Source: Thiohalospira sp. (GTDB lineage Bacteria; Pseudomonadota; Gammaproteobacteria; Thiohalospirales; Thiohalospiraceae). From it: a stretch of 24,000 bases of DNA. Location of the stretch: assembly GCF_046546335.1 (NCBI RefSeq), contig NZ_JBKGYA010000001.1. The stretch is one strand, 5' to 3'. The notes under the pieces are model-generated. The model made no database searches. It saw only the letters and a list, made by a program, of their open reading frames with translations, and had not been told where the DNA came from. Made by a program: the position numbers and the translations under genes. This document shows positions 16,177 to 23,659 of this stretch, one piece after another; the first letter of the stretch is position 1; the number at the start of each line of letters is the position of its first letter.

Positions 16177-16194
16177 TCCACCCGGAGAACGAAC

Positions 16195-17376
16195 ATGCAA
16201 CTCGATGCAGATACCCTCCTGCCCGCCGTCATCTCCCTGGTTCGGGACGAACTGCGGCGACTGCGCGGCGATGCCGGAGCGGCCGTCGACGCCACGACCT
16301 GGGAGGCCTCCACCACGCTGGGCGGCGAGGCCATCGGCGCCGACTCCATCGAGCGACTGACCCTCGCCACGGCCGTGGCGGAACGCTTCGGCCTCCACGA
16401 ACTCGACGCCGGCGACTACCTCCTGCGCCGGCACAGCCTGGGCGAATGGGCCGGGATCGCGGCCGAGGGGATCCGGCAGGCGGCGGGCATGACCTTCCGC
16501 TCCTCCGGCACTACCGGGGAGCCGACACCGCACCGCCACCCCCTGGCCGACCTGGAGCAGGAGGTCTCCCACCTCGCCCGTCTCTTCCCCGGAACGCGGC
16601 GGGTAATCAGCCTGGCCCCCGCCCACCACATCTACGGCTTCCTCTTCGGAGTCCTGCTGCCCCAGGAGCTGGGCTGCCCGATCCGCCACGACCGCAGCCG
16701 CTCCGGCCTGCCGCCGGCGGACCTGGACCGCGGCGACCTGGTCGTCGGCTTCCCCCTGCGCTGGCGCCAGCTCGCCACCCTCTACCCGGCCTTCCCGCCG
16801 GGGGTCACCGGTGTCACCTCCACCGCGCCCTGCCCGCCGGCCCTGGCCCGGGAGCTGGCGCAGCGGGGGCTGGAGCGGCTCGTCGCCATCTACGGCGCCA
16901 CCGAGACCGCCGGCATCGGCTACCGCGAGGGTCCGGACGAGCCCTTCCGCCTCTTCGACCACTGGGAGTCGGACGGCTGCTACCTCTATCGCCGGCGCCG
17001 CGACGGGATCGGCGAGGCGGTGACGCCGCCGGACCACCTGGAGTTCCGCGACAGCCGCCACTTCATCCCCGCCGGGCGGCGGGACGGGGCGGTCCAGGTC
17101 GCCGGGGTGAACGTCCACCCCGAGCAGGTGGCGGAGAAGCTGCGCCACCGGCCGGGCGTCGCCGAGGCGGCCGTCCACCTCGACCGCAGCGAGGAGCCGC
17201 GGCTCGCCGGCTGGGTCGTGCCGGAATCCGGTACCGATCCGGAGGCACTCAAGGCCGAGCTGCACACCTGGATCCGCGAGCATCTGACCCCGCCGGAGCG
17301 GCCGATCTCGCTCACGCTGGCCGAGGAAATCCCGCGGGGCCCCCTGGGCAAGCCGGCCGTGGGCCTCTCGGCATGA
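16195..17376 (+). CDS. pcl: 4-hydroxycinnamate (p-coumarate)-CoA ligase of the PYP-activation family
   Basis: 393 aa with adenylate-forming core motifs FRSSGTTGEPT, YGATETAG, GRRDGAVQVAGVNV and a C-terminal PRGPLGKP. The compact size and the position directly downstream of pyp match the known pyp-pcl arrangement. Confidence 0.85.
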   Translation: MQLDADTLLPAVISLVRDELRRLRGDAGAAVDATTWEASTTLGGEAIGADSIERLTLATAVAERFGLHELDAGDYLLRRHSLGEWAGIAAEGIRQAAGMTFRSSGTTGEPTPHRHPLADLEQEVSHLARLFPGTRRVISLAPAHHIYGFLFGVLLPQELGCPIRHDRSRSGLPPADLDRGDLVVGFPLRWRQLATLYPAFPPGVTGVTSTAPCPPALARELAQRGLERLVAIYGATETAGIGYREGPDEPFRLFDHWESDGCYLYRRRRDGIGEAVTPPDHLEFRDSRHFIPAGRRDGAVQVAGVNVHPEQVAEKLRHRPGVAEAAVHLDRSEEPRLAGWVVPESGTDPEALKAELHTWIREHLTPPERPISLTLAEEIPRGPLGKPAVGLSA

Positions 17377-17750
17377 GCGTCCTCCTGGACGGGCGGCGAC
17401 CGAGCATTGCCGAGGTCGAGGCCCTGGCCGACCGGGGCTGGGCGCCCTGGGAGCCGGCCGCCAAGGATGGCCTGGCCCTGGTCAACGGCACCGCCGCCAT
17501 GACCGGCATCGCCGCGCTGAATGCCGCCGGCGCGCGCCGGGAGGCGTGGCGGCCGGAGCTGGGGGAGCTGCGCCCCCATCCGGGACAGCAGGCCACCCAC
17601 GCCCGGCTCAACGAGCTGGCCACCGGCAGCCGGCGGCTGGTGGCGGCGGGACCGGCCTTCCTCCCCGACGACCGCCCCCTGCAGCCGGCCATGGCCGCCC
17701 TCACGGCACGGCTGCGAGACCCCGCCGACCCGCTGCACCACCTGCCGTGA
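17373..17750 (+). pseudogene. tal: Severely truncated tyrosine/histidine ammonia-lyase (TAL/HAL family) relic, 125 codons, lacking the MIO-forming core
   Basis: The ATG overlaps the pcl stop (ATGA). AKDGLALVNGTAAMTGIAAL matches the HAL/TAL motif (K/R)(E/D)GLAL(L/V)NGT. ELRPHPGQ matches the TAL RPHPGQ motif (HAL has RGxxGQ). The N-terminal VLLDGRRPSIAEVEALA and C-terminal DDRPLQPAMAALTARL resemble the family termini. No Ala-Ser-Gly (GxSGDL) segment is present, and the length is about a quarter of the ~500 aa expected. Confidence 0.6.
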
Positions 17751-17852
17751 TCCGGCGCCCCCCCCGGCGCCGACTCAAGTTTTCCCCGCCGCCGCCGCTA
17801 TCGATACGACGGCTCGTCCCCGGCAGGCGGGCGCCGGCCGACGCCGGGAAGG

Positions 17853-17861
17853 TGCTATAAT
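17853..17861 (+). promoter_or_regulatory. Extended -10 promoter element TGcTATAAT
   Basis: A perfect TGnTATAAT at 17853..17861, about 80 nt upstream of the small membrane ORF and yheU. No -35, as is tolerated by extended -10 promoters. Confidence 0.4.
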
Positions 17862-17943
17862 CCGGGGCGGCAAAGGCGGGCCGGTGGCAAGGGAGTGGCC
17901 GGGGCCCGGATCGGCGAAATCCATTCCGGAACGGGGGGGGAAC

Positions 17944-18099
17944 ATGCTGCTTGCCGTGGCCATCATCATCAGTCTGGCGCTGCTGGTACTGCTGTTCATC
18001 CATGTGGCGAGCCTGCTGGGATGGCCGCTGCGCCAGCGCATCGTGGAGCGCCACGAGCGCCAGCGCCAGCAGTACTACAGCCGCCAGCCCTGGGAGTAG
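17944..18099 (+). CDS. Small single-pass membrane protein (51 aa), hypothetical
   Basis: MLLAVAIIISLALLVLLFIHVASLLGW, then a basic tail RQRIVERHERQRQQYYSRQPWE. A G-rich SD precedes the ATG and the codons are GC3-rich. A GTG-start yheU-like gene begins 2 nt after its stop. Confidence 0.45.
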   Translation: MLLAVAIIISLALLVLLFIHVASLLGWPLRQRIVERHERQRQQYYSRQPWE

Positions 18100-18101
18100 G
18101 G

Positions 18102-18338
18102 GTGCCCGTACGCGTTCCGCCCGGGAGCCTGGAGCCGGCCACCCTGGAGGCCGTCCTGGAGGAGATCGTCACCCGGGACAGTACCGATTACGGCGAGACC
18201 CCGGTCTCCGTCGACAGTCGCCGGGAGCAGCTCCGGCGCCGCCTGGACCGCGGCGAGGCGGCCCTGGTCTTCGACGAGGAGAGCGCGACCCTCGACGTCG
18301 TTCCGGCCGAACACGCACCCCGAGAGCCGACGGAGTGA
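18102..18338 (+). CDS. yheU: YheU (UPF0270) family protein
   Basis: GTG start. VPVRVPPGSLEPATLEAVLEEIVTRDSTDYGE...REQLRRRLDRGEAALVFDEESATLDVVP follows the E. coli YheU pattern (IPWQ.[22 protein letters not shown]...VKRQL..GEAVLVW). Confidence 0.7.
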   Translation: MPVRVPPGSLEPATLEAVLEEIVTRDSTDYGETPVSVDSRREQLRRRLDRGEAALVFDEESATLDVVPAEHAPREPTE

Positions 18339-18411
18339 GAACTCCGTCACGGAAACGAGAGGCTGGATACCCCACAATGGACCTGCTTTTATTCAACCTA
18401 GGTAGTCGCTC

Positions 18412-19266
18412 ATGGGCGCGCTCAGCATCGAAGAACTGATCCGTCAGAGCCCGCGGCTGGGCTCCCTCCCGGACATCGTGGGGGAACTCAACGCCGCGGC
18501 CGACGACCCCCAGAGCTCGGTAGCCGACCTGGCCGGCATCATCCGCCGCGACCCCGCCCTCTCCGCCCGCCTGCTGGCCATCGTCAACAGCCCCTGGTAC
18601 GGCCTGCGCGGGGAGGTAGCCGACATCGAGCGCGCCGTCTCCCTGGCCGGCACCCAGCAGCTGCGCTTCCTCGCCCTGTCCACCGTCATCGTCCGGCAGT
18701 TCACCAACCTGCCCAATGCCCTGGTGACCATGGACACCTTCTGGAAGCACAGCTTCACCTGCGCCGTGGCGGCCCGCGCCCTGGCCGAGAGTGCCGGCGA
18801 GCGCGATCGGGAGCGCTACTTCCTGGGCGGCCTGCTCCACGACATCGGCAGCCTGCTCATCTACACCACCCTGCCGAGCCTGGCCAAGGAGGCGATCCTC
18901 CACGCCCGCTCGCAGAACCAGCCCATCTACCAGGCCGAGCAGCTCATCTTTGGCTTCGACCACGCCGAGGCGGGCGGGGCGCTGCTGCGCCACTGGGGTC
19001 TGCCGGAGAGCCTCGCCGCCACCGTGGAGGGCCACCACGAGCTGGGCGACACCGGCCACTTCGGCCGCGAGAAGGCGCTGGTCCACCTGGCCAACGGCAT
19101 CGCCAACGCCATCCACCCGAGCAACACCCTCTTCCGCCAGCCGCTGAACTCCGATCCGGCGGCCTGGGGGCTGGCCGGGCTGGATACCGACCAGCTCGAC
19201 GCCACCCTCGCCGCCATGGACGAGCGGGTGGCCGAGGCCATGGGCGTCTTCTACTTCGCCGCCTGA
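18412..19266 (+). CDS. HDOD domain signalling protein
   Basis: 284 aa with LPDIVGELNAAADDPQSSVADLAGIIRRDPALSARLLAIVNSPWYGL, AVSLAGTQQL, GGLLHDIGSLLIY and GFDHAEAGGALLRHWGLPE, the typical HDOD signature. Confidence 0.9.
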   Translation: MGALSIEELIRQSPRLGSLPDIVGELNAAADDPQSSVADLAGIIRRDPALSARLLAIVNSPWYGLRGEVADIERAVSLAGTQQLRFLALSTVIVRQFTNLPNALVTMDTFWKHSFTCAVAARALAESAGERDRERYFLGGLLHDIGSLLIYTTLPSLAKEAILHARSQNQPIYQAEQLIFGFDHAEAGGALLRHWGLPESLAATVEGHHELGDTGHFGREKALVHLANGIANAIHPSNTLFRQPLNSDPAAWGLAGLDTDQLDATLAAMDERVAEAMGVFYFAA

Positions 19267-22200
19267 AGGCCGCGCCCCTTCCAGAGCCAGAAGACCGCCG
19301 GCACCACCAGCAGCGCCAGCACCCAGGCGCTGAGCATGCCCCCCATCATGGGGGCGGCGACGCGGCGCATCACCTCCGAGCCGGTACCACCGCCCACCAT
19401 CACCGTGGCCAGCCCCAGGATCACCGAGACCGCCGTCATGGTGATGGGCCGGACCCGGCGCAGGGCGCCCTCCTCCAGGGCCGCTGCCAGATCGCCGCGA
19501 TCCGGGGACCGCCCCGCGGCCTCCGCGGCGCCCCGGGCGGCCGCCCAGGCCTGGCCGAGGTAGACCACCATGAGCACGCCCAGCTCCACGGCGACCCCGG
19601 CCACGGCGATGAAGCCGACCCCGACCCCCACCGAGAGGTTGTAGCCGAGCCCCCACAGGAGCCAGACGCCGCCCACCAGGGCCAGCGGCAGGGTGGCGAG
19701 GATGAGCAGGACCTCGCCGGCGGCACGGAAGTTGAGGTAGAGCAGCAGGGCGATGAGGACCAGGACCAGCGGCCCCACCACCAGCAGGTGGCCCCGGGCG
19801 CGCTCCATGTTCTGGTACTGGCCGGCCCAGTCCAGGGAGTAGCCCGGGGGCAGCTCCACCTCCTCGGCGACCACCTCCTGCGCCCGCTCCACCCAGCCGG
19901 CGAGGTCGCCGGTGGTGAGATCCACGTGGACCCAGCCCACCGGCCGCGCCTGCTCGCTCTTGACCATCCCCGGGCCCTCCCGGATCCCGATATCGGCCAC
20001 CTCCCCGAGGGCCACCCGCCGCCCGTCGCCGGCGACCACCGGCAGGGAGCGCAGGTCCTCCAGGCTGGTCCGCCGATCGGCGGGGAAGCGCAGGTTCACC
20101 GGGTAGCGCTCCCGGCCCTCCACCGTCTCGGTGACCGGGGCGCCGCCCACGGCCAGTCGCAGGAGCTCCTGGACCTCCGCCATGTCCACGCCGTGGCGGG
20201 CCAGGGCGCGGCGATCCACGTCCACGTCGATGTAGCGCGCCGCCGCCACCCGCTCGGCGAAGGCCGAACGGGTCCCGGGAAGGTCGGCCACCGCCTGCTC
20301 GATCTCCCGGCCGAGGGACTGGATGGTTTCCAGCTCCGGACCGGTGACCCGGATCCCCACCGGCGTACGCACGCCCGAGGAGAGCATGTCGATGCGGGTC
20401 TTGATGGGCATCACCCAGGCGTTGGTCAGCCCCGGCACGTCCACCCGATCGTCGAGTTCCGCCTTGAGCTTCTCCAGGGTCATCCCCTCGCGCCACTCGT
20501 CCCGGGGCTTCAGGGTGATGGTGGTCTCGATCATGGTCATGGGGGCGGGATCGGTGGCCGTCTCCGCCCGCCCGATCTTGCCGAAGGTCCGCTCCACCTC
20601 CGGCACCTGCTGGATGAGCCGGTCGGTGACCTGCAGCAGCTGCTGCGCCTTGCCGGTGGAGAGCCCCGGATCGGTGGTGGGCATGTACATGAGATCGCCC
20701 TCGTCCAGCTCCGGGATGAACTCCGTTCCCAGCTGGTTCAGCGGCCAGACCGTGGCCACCACCAGTAGCGCCGCGGCGGCCACCGTGGCCTTCGGCCAGC
20801 GCAGGACTCCCCGCAACAGGGGGCCGTAGACGCGACCCAGCCACCGCGTCACCGGATGATCACCCTCCCCCCGGACCCGGCCGCGGACGAACAGGGCGAT
20901 GAGCACCGGCACCAGGGTGATGGCCAGCAGCGCGGCGGCGGCCATCGCCCAGGTCTTGGTCCAGGCCAGGGGGGCGAAGAGCCGCCCCTCCTGGCCCTGG
21001 AGGGTGAAGACCGGCAGGAAGCTCACCGTGACGATGAGCAGGGAGAAGAAGAGCGCCGGCCCCACCTCGGCAGTGGCCCGCGCCACCGCCTCCCGCCGGT
21101 CGCCGCCGCGGCCCAGGTGGCGGTGGGTGTTCTCCACCATGACGATGGCCGCGTCCACCATGGTCCCGATGGCCAGGATGATCCCGCCCAGGGACATGAT
21201 GTTCAGGGTCACCCCCTGGAGGTTCATGACGGCGATGGCCGCCAGCACCCCCAGCGGCAGGCTCACGACCACCACCAGGGTGGACCGCAGGTGGTAGAGG
21301 AAGACCGCACAGATGAGCGCCACCACCACCAGCTCGATGCCCAGATGCTTGCCCAGGGTCGCCACGGCGCGGTCGATGAGCCCGGAGCGGTCGTAGGTCT
21401 CCACTACCTCCACGCCGTCGGGGAGGCTGTCGCTCAGCTCCTCCAGCCGCGCCTCCACCCGTTCGATGACCTCGCGGGTGTCGGCGCCGTAGCGGGCGAC
21501 CACGATGCCGCCCACCACCTCGCCCTCGCCGTCGAGTTCGGCGATCCCGCGGCGCGGCGCGGGGCCGCGCCGGATCTCGGCGACATCGGCCAGGCGCACC
21601 GGCGTCCCCTCGTCGGTGGTGGCCACCGAGACCTCGGCCAGGTCGTCGCGATCGCGGAGGTAGCCGCGGCCGCGGACCATGTACTCCGCCTCCGCCAGTT
21701 CCACCACGGAGCCGCCGGACTCCTGGTTGGCCCGCTCCAGGGCGGAGCGGACCCGGTCCACGGAGAGGTCGTGGACGGCCAGCGCCTCCGGGTCCAGGAC
21801 CACCTGGTACTGGCGCTCCATGCCGCCCACCGTGGCCACCTCGGCGACCCCCTCCAGGGCGCCCAGCTCGTACTGGAGGAACCAGTCCTGGAGCGCCGTG
21901 AGCTGGCCCAGGTCGTGGTTGCCGCTGCGATCGGTGAGGGCGTACTGGTAGACCCAGCCCACCCCGGAGGCGTCCGGCCCCAGCTCCGGCTGCGCCCCCT
22001 CGGGGAGATCCCCCTCCACCTGCGCCAGGGATTCCAGCACCCGGGAGCGGGCCCAGTAGGGGTCGGTGCCGTCCTCGAAGACGACGTAGACGAAGGAGTC
22101 CCCGAAGTAGGAGAAGCCGCGCACCGTCTCCGCCCTGGGCACCGAGAGCAGACCGGAGGTCAGGGGGTAGGTGACCTGGTCCTCCACCACCTCCGGCGCC

Positions 22201-22367
22201 TGCCCCGGCCAGGTGGTCTGGACGATGACCTGGGTATCCGAGAGGTCGGGGATGGCGTCCACCGGGGCGCGGTCGGCGGACCAGGCACCCCACGCCGCCA
22301 CAAGCGCGGCCAGGGTCAGGATCAGGAAGCGGTTGGCGAGCGACCAGCGGATGACGGCGGCGATCAT
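19251..22367 (-). CDS. cusA: CusA/CzcA-family heavy-metal efflux RND permease (Cu(I)/Ag(I) type)
   Basis: 1038 aa, MIAAVIRWSLANRFLILTLAAL...IPDLSDTQVIV. By-eye alignment to E. coli CusA keeps the three methionines of the metal site (DLMYMPTT, APMTMIETT, RIDMLSSG). Confidence 0.9.
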   Translation of the reverse strand: MIAAVIRWSLANRFLILTLAALVAAWGAWSADRAPVDAIPDLSDTQVIVQTTWPGQAPEVVEDQVTYPLTSGLLSVPRAETVRGFSYFGDSFVYVVFEDGTDPYWARSRVLESLAQVEGDLPEGAQPELGPDASGVGWVYQYALTDRSGNHDLGQLTALQDWFLQYELGALEGVAEVATVGGMERQYQVVLDPEALAVHDLSVDRVRSALERANQESGGSVVELAEAEYMVRGRGYLRDRDDLAEVSVATTDEGTPVRLADVAEIRRGPAPRRGIAELDGEGEVVGGIVVARYGADTREVIERVEARLEELSDSLPDGVEVVETYDRSGLIDRAVATLGKHLGIELVVVALICAVFLYHLRSTLVVVVSLPLGVLAAIAVMNLQGVTLNIMSLGGIILAIGTMVDAAIVMVENTHRHLGRGGDRREAVARATAEVGPALFFSLLIVTVSFLPVFTLQGQEGRLFAPLAWTKTWAMAAAALLAITLVPVLIALFVRGRVRGEGDHPVTRWLGRVYGPLLRGVLRWPKATVAAAALLVVATVWPLNQLGTEFIPELDEGDLMYMPTTDPGLSTGKAQQLLQVTDRLIQQVPEVERTFGKIGRAETATDPAPMTMIETTITLKPRDEWREGMTLEKLKAELDDRVDVPGLTNAWVMPIKTRIDMLSSGVRTPVGIRVTGPELETIQSLGREIEQAVADLPGTRSAFAERVAAARYIDVDVDRRALARHGVDMAEVQELLRLAVGGAPVTETVEGRERYPVNLRFPADRRTSLEDLRSLPVVAGDGRRVALGEVADIGIREGPGMVKSEQARPVGWVHVDLTTGDLAGWVERAQEVVAEEVELPPGYSLDWAGQYQNMERARGHLLVVGPLVLVLIALLLYLNFRAAGEVLLILATLPLALVGGVWLLWGLGYNLSVGVGVGFIAVAGVAVELGVLMVVYLGQAWAAARGAAEAAGRSPDRGDLAAALEEGALRRVRPITMTAVSVILGLATVMVGGGTGSEVMRRVAAPMMGGMLSAWVLALLVVPAVFWLWKGRGLQAAK

Positions 22368-23659
22368 CAGTGCATCCCCCCGTGACCGCTGTGATCACCT
22401 CCACCCTCGTCTTCGTCGGCGCCCTCCATGCGGCCGCCGCCGGCCCCGGTATCCGCCTCGCTGTCCAGGAGGAAGTGGCCGGAGGTGACCACCCGCTCAC
22501 CCGCCTCGACGCCCTCGAGGATGGCGGTGCGCCCGTCGGCGGTGAGGCCGAGCTCCACCGAGCGGGGCGTGAAGCCGCCGTCATCGTGGGCGATGACCAC
22601 CCGGGCCGCCTCGCCGGTGCGGATCACCGCCTGACGCGGGACCGTGATCACCCCCTCCCGCGCCGGTCCCCGGATGGTGGCCCGACCGAAGAGGCCGGGG
22701 GTCAGGCGGCCGTCGCCGTTGGCCAGCGGGATGCGCGCGGTGACGGTGCGACTATCGGGATCCGCCTCGGGGAGGATCCGCTGGACGGAGCCCTCCCGCC
22801 GGTCCCACGGCCGCTGGTGAGGGACCACTTCCGCTGCGAGCCCCTCGCGCAGAACGGGGACGTCCCGGGGGAAGACCTCGGCCAGGGCCCAGAGGGGATC
22901 CAGGTCGGCCACGGTCACCAGGCGACCCTCGGCGGAGACCGCCTCGCCCGCGCGGACCGGCAGCTCGGTCACCACCCCCTCCGCCGGCGCGGTGATCGGG
23001 ACCGCCTGCAGAGGTTCTCCGGCCTCCGCGATGTCGCGGCGCACGGAGTCTGACACGCCCAGGGCGCGCAGCCGTTCGGCCGCCGCCGCCTCGCCATCGG
23101 TCCCGCGGGCCCGCAGGTACTCCCGCTGGGCGTTGACCAGCTCGGGGCTGTAGAGGGTGAGCAGGGGATCGCCGGCGGCCACCGGCTCGCCCTCCCCGGC
23201 CACGTGGAGCTCGCGGACCCAGCCGCGCACCCGGGCGTGGAGCCGGTGCTCCTGGGCCGGCGGGATGGTCAGCCGCACCGGGGCGCGCACCCGGGGTTGC
23301 AGATCCTCCCGACGCGCCGCCTCGGTGCGGATCCCCAGGGCCTGGGTGAGCCGACCTCCCAGCTCCACGGCGGGGCCCTCGGGGGTATCGCCCTCCCCGT
23401 CCCCCTCCTCCACCTCATCCACCGGCTCCAGATCCATGCCGCAGATGGGGCACTGGCCCGGCTCCTCCTCGCGGACGTCGGTGTGCATGGGGCAGGTGTA
23501 TTCGGGGTCGGCGTGCTTCTCCGCATGCTCCAGGGCGGTCTCCTCCGCCCCATCGCCCTCGTCGGCCGACTCCTCGCTGCAACCGCCGAGCGGCAACAGG
23601 AAAAGGAGGACCACGCCGAGGGCCAGCGCCTTCCGGGGGATGACATTGCCGATTCTCAT
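22367..23659 (-). CDS. cusB: CusB-type periplasmic adaptor with N-terminal Cys-pair metal-binding module and His/Met-rich tail
   Basis: Lipobox-like signal (LLPLGGC). YTCPMHTDVREEEPGQCPICGMDLEP is the heavy-metal-binding zinc-ribbon seen in CusB-like adaptors. An MFP core follows, then the C-terminal DEDEGGGDHSGHGGMH. There are ATGA overlaps with both cusC and cusA. Confidence 0.88.
   Translation of the reverse strand: MRIGNVIPRKALALGVVLLFLLPLGGCSEESADEGDGAEETALEHAEKHADPEYTCPMHTDVREEEPGQCPICGMDLEPVDEVEEGDGEGDTPEGPAVELGGRLTQALGIRTEAARREDLQPRVRAPVRLTIPPAQEHRLHARVRGWVRELHVAGEGEPVAAGDPLLTLYSPELVNAQREYLRARGTDGEAAAAERLRALGVSDSVRRDIAEAGEPLQAVPITAPAEGVVTELPVRAGEAVSAEGRLVTVADLDPLWALAEVFPRDVPVLREGLAAEVVPHQRPWDRREGSVQRILPEADPDSRTVTARIPLANGDGRLTPGLFGRATIRGPAREGVITVPRQAVIRTGEAARVVIAHDDGGFTPRSVELGLTADGRTAILEGVEAGERVVTSGHFLLDSEADTGAGGGRMEGADEDEGGGDHSGHGGMH

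Noticed and set aside
15679-17283. 534-aa minus-strand ORF opposite pyp and pcl, and the 137-aa ORF 15639..16052
   Set aside because: Both are antisense to two genes with unmistakable homology and have no domains. They are high-GC artefacts.
16446-17750. 434-aa ORF that would fuse an off-frame reading of pcl to the tal remnant
   Set aside because: Upstream of 17373 this frame gives Pro/Arg/Gly junk. Recognisable HAL/TAL similarity begins exactly at the ATG that overlaps the pcl stop.
17753-17783. Possible terminator after the tal relic (cGGCGCC-cccccc-GGCGCCg, then TTTT 8 nt later)
   Set aside because: The stem is only 7 bp, the loop is an all-C run, and the T-tract is short and detached. 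This is too weak to call, although transcription probably does end somewhere in this 190-bp spacer.
18169-20844. 891-aa minus-strand ORF spanning yheU, the HDOD gene and part of cusA
   Set aside because: It crosses two plus-strand genes and is off-frame within cusA. The translation is low-complexity Gly/Arg/Pro with no start context.
20856-22584. 509-aa plus-strand and 574-aa minus-strand alternative ORFs within cusA/cusB
   Set aside because: These are off-frame or antisense to cusA and cusB, with a repetitive Gly/Arg/Pro/His composition.
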